Shown here one piece after another: positions 37,978 to 38,303 of a DNA stretch of 38,303 bases. The notes below the pieces were generated by a model, which ran no database searches, was not told the DNA's origin, and worked only from the letters and a program-made list of their open reading frames with translations. How positions within the stretch are numbered: the first letter of the stretch is position 1; every line of letters begins with the position of its first letter. Position numbers and translations under genes: made by a program. Location: the NCBI GenBank assembly GCA_947085205.1, contig CAMTVO010000024.1, positions 1 through 38,303 of the forward strand, in the 5' to 3' direction. The DNA is from an uncultured Nitrospiraceae bacterium. Lineage in GTDB: Bacteria > Nitrospirota > Thermodesulfovibrionia > Thermodesulfovibrionales > Dissulfurispiraceae.

Positions 37978-38303
37978 GTGAATATAAGCAAAGACAATTC
38001 AGGCAGGATAACAGTCGCCTTCCATTATAATCCTCAGTTTGTTGAGAAGGTCAAGACCATCCCGAGCCACAAATGGCATCCTGAAGAAAAGTGCTGGAGT
38101 TTTCCTGATTCAGGCGCGAAAGCCGATAGATATTTATCAATACGGTCGGTTCAAAAAATATTTGACAATGCATGTCAAAGGGCATCTATTAAGAAAAATG
38201 TTACTATTCACAGTTTACACCATAGTTTTGCAACGCATTTGCTTGAAAGTGGGGTTAATTTGAGATACATACAGGAGTTATTAGGACATAGCCATTCAAA
38301 AAC
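37978..38303 (+). pseudogene. Internally deleted tyrosine recombinase (XerC/IntI-like); runs off the window
   Basis: Open frame from GTG 37978: [62 protein letters not shown]...[33 protein letters not shown]. Absent from the ORF track because there is no stop in the window. Confidence 0.85.

Overview
Anaerobic-bacterium chromosomal region; gene content and protein style suggest a Nitrospirota/Thermodesulfovibrionia-like organism, but that is inference. It is mostly housekeeping genes: an IS110 transposase at the left edge, corC-family gene, homocitrate/Re-citrate-synthase-like gene, ilvNB, a NitT/TauT ABC pair, crcB, ychF, tatC-tatA/B, a molybdenum cluster (moeA-like, modE, fmdE-like), pfk, the pyrR-pyrB-pyrC-carA-(flavin reductase)-carB operon, tRNA-Ser(GCT), usp, tilS, degP/Q, hemW, ribD, SPFH, csp, hypD and a degenerate integrase at the right edge. 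The unusual content is below gene scale. (1) At least 12 in-frame insertions of 7- or 8-bp tandem arrays lie inside conserved genes, including one two-armed ~80-90 bp element shared by carB and pyrC, and REP-like hairpins nested within such arrays. (2) There are a MITE with a 6-bp target duplication carrying REPs, a nested REP cluster, and a miniaturised RAYT-like element with perfect 25-bp inverted repeats. (3) Several loci have been collapsed by internal deletions: ArrA-like/TorD/response-regulator, MFS, DUF190-TatA chimera and integrase. (4) Many genes appear leaderless, and there are a PyrR attenuator, a ModE-like box and a Pro-containing uORF upstream of the corC-family gene. No database searches were run; family calls come from motif recognition.
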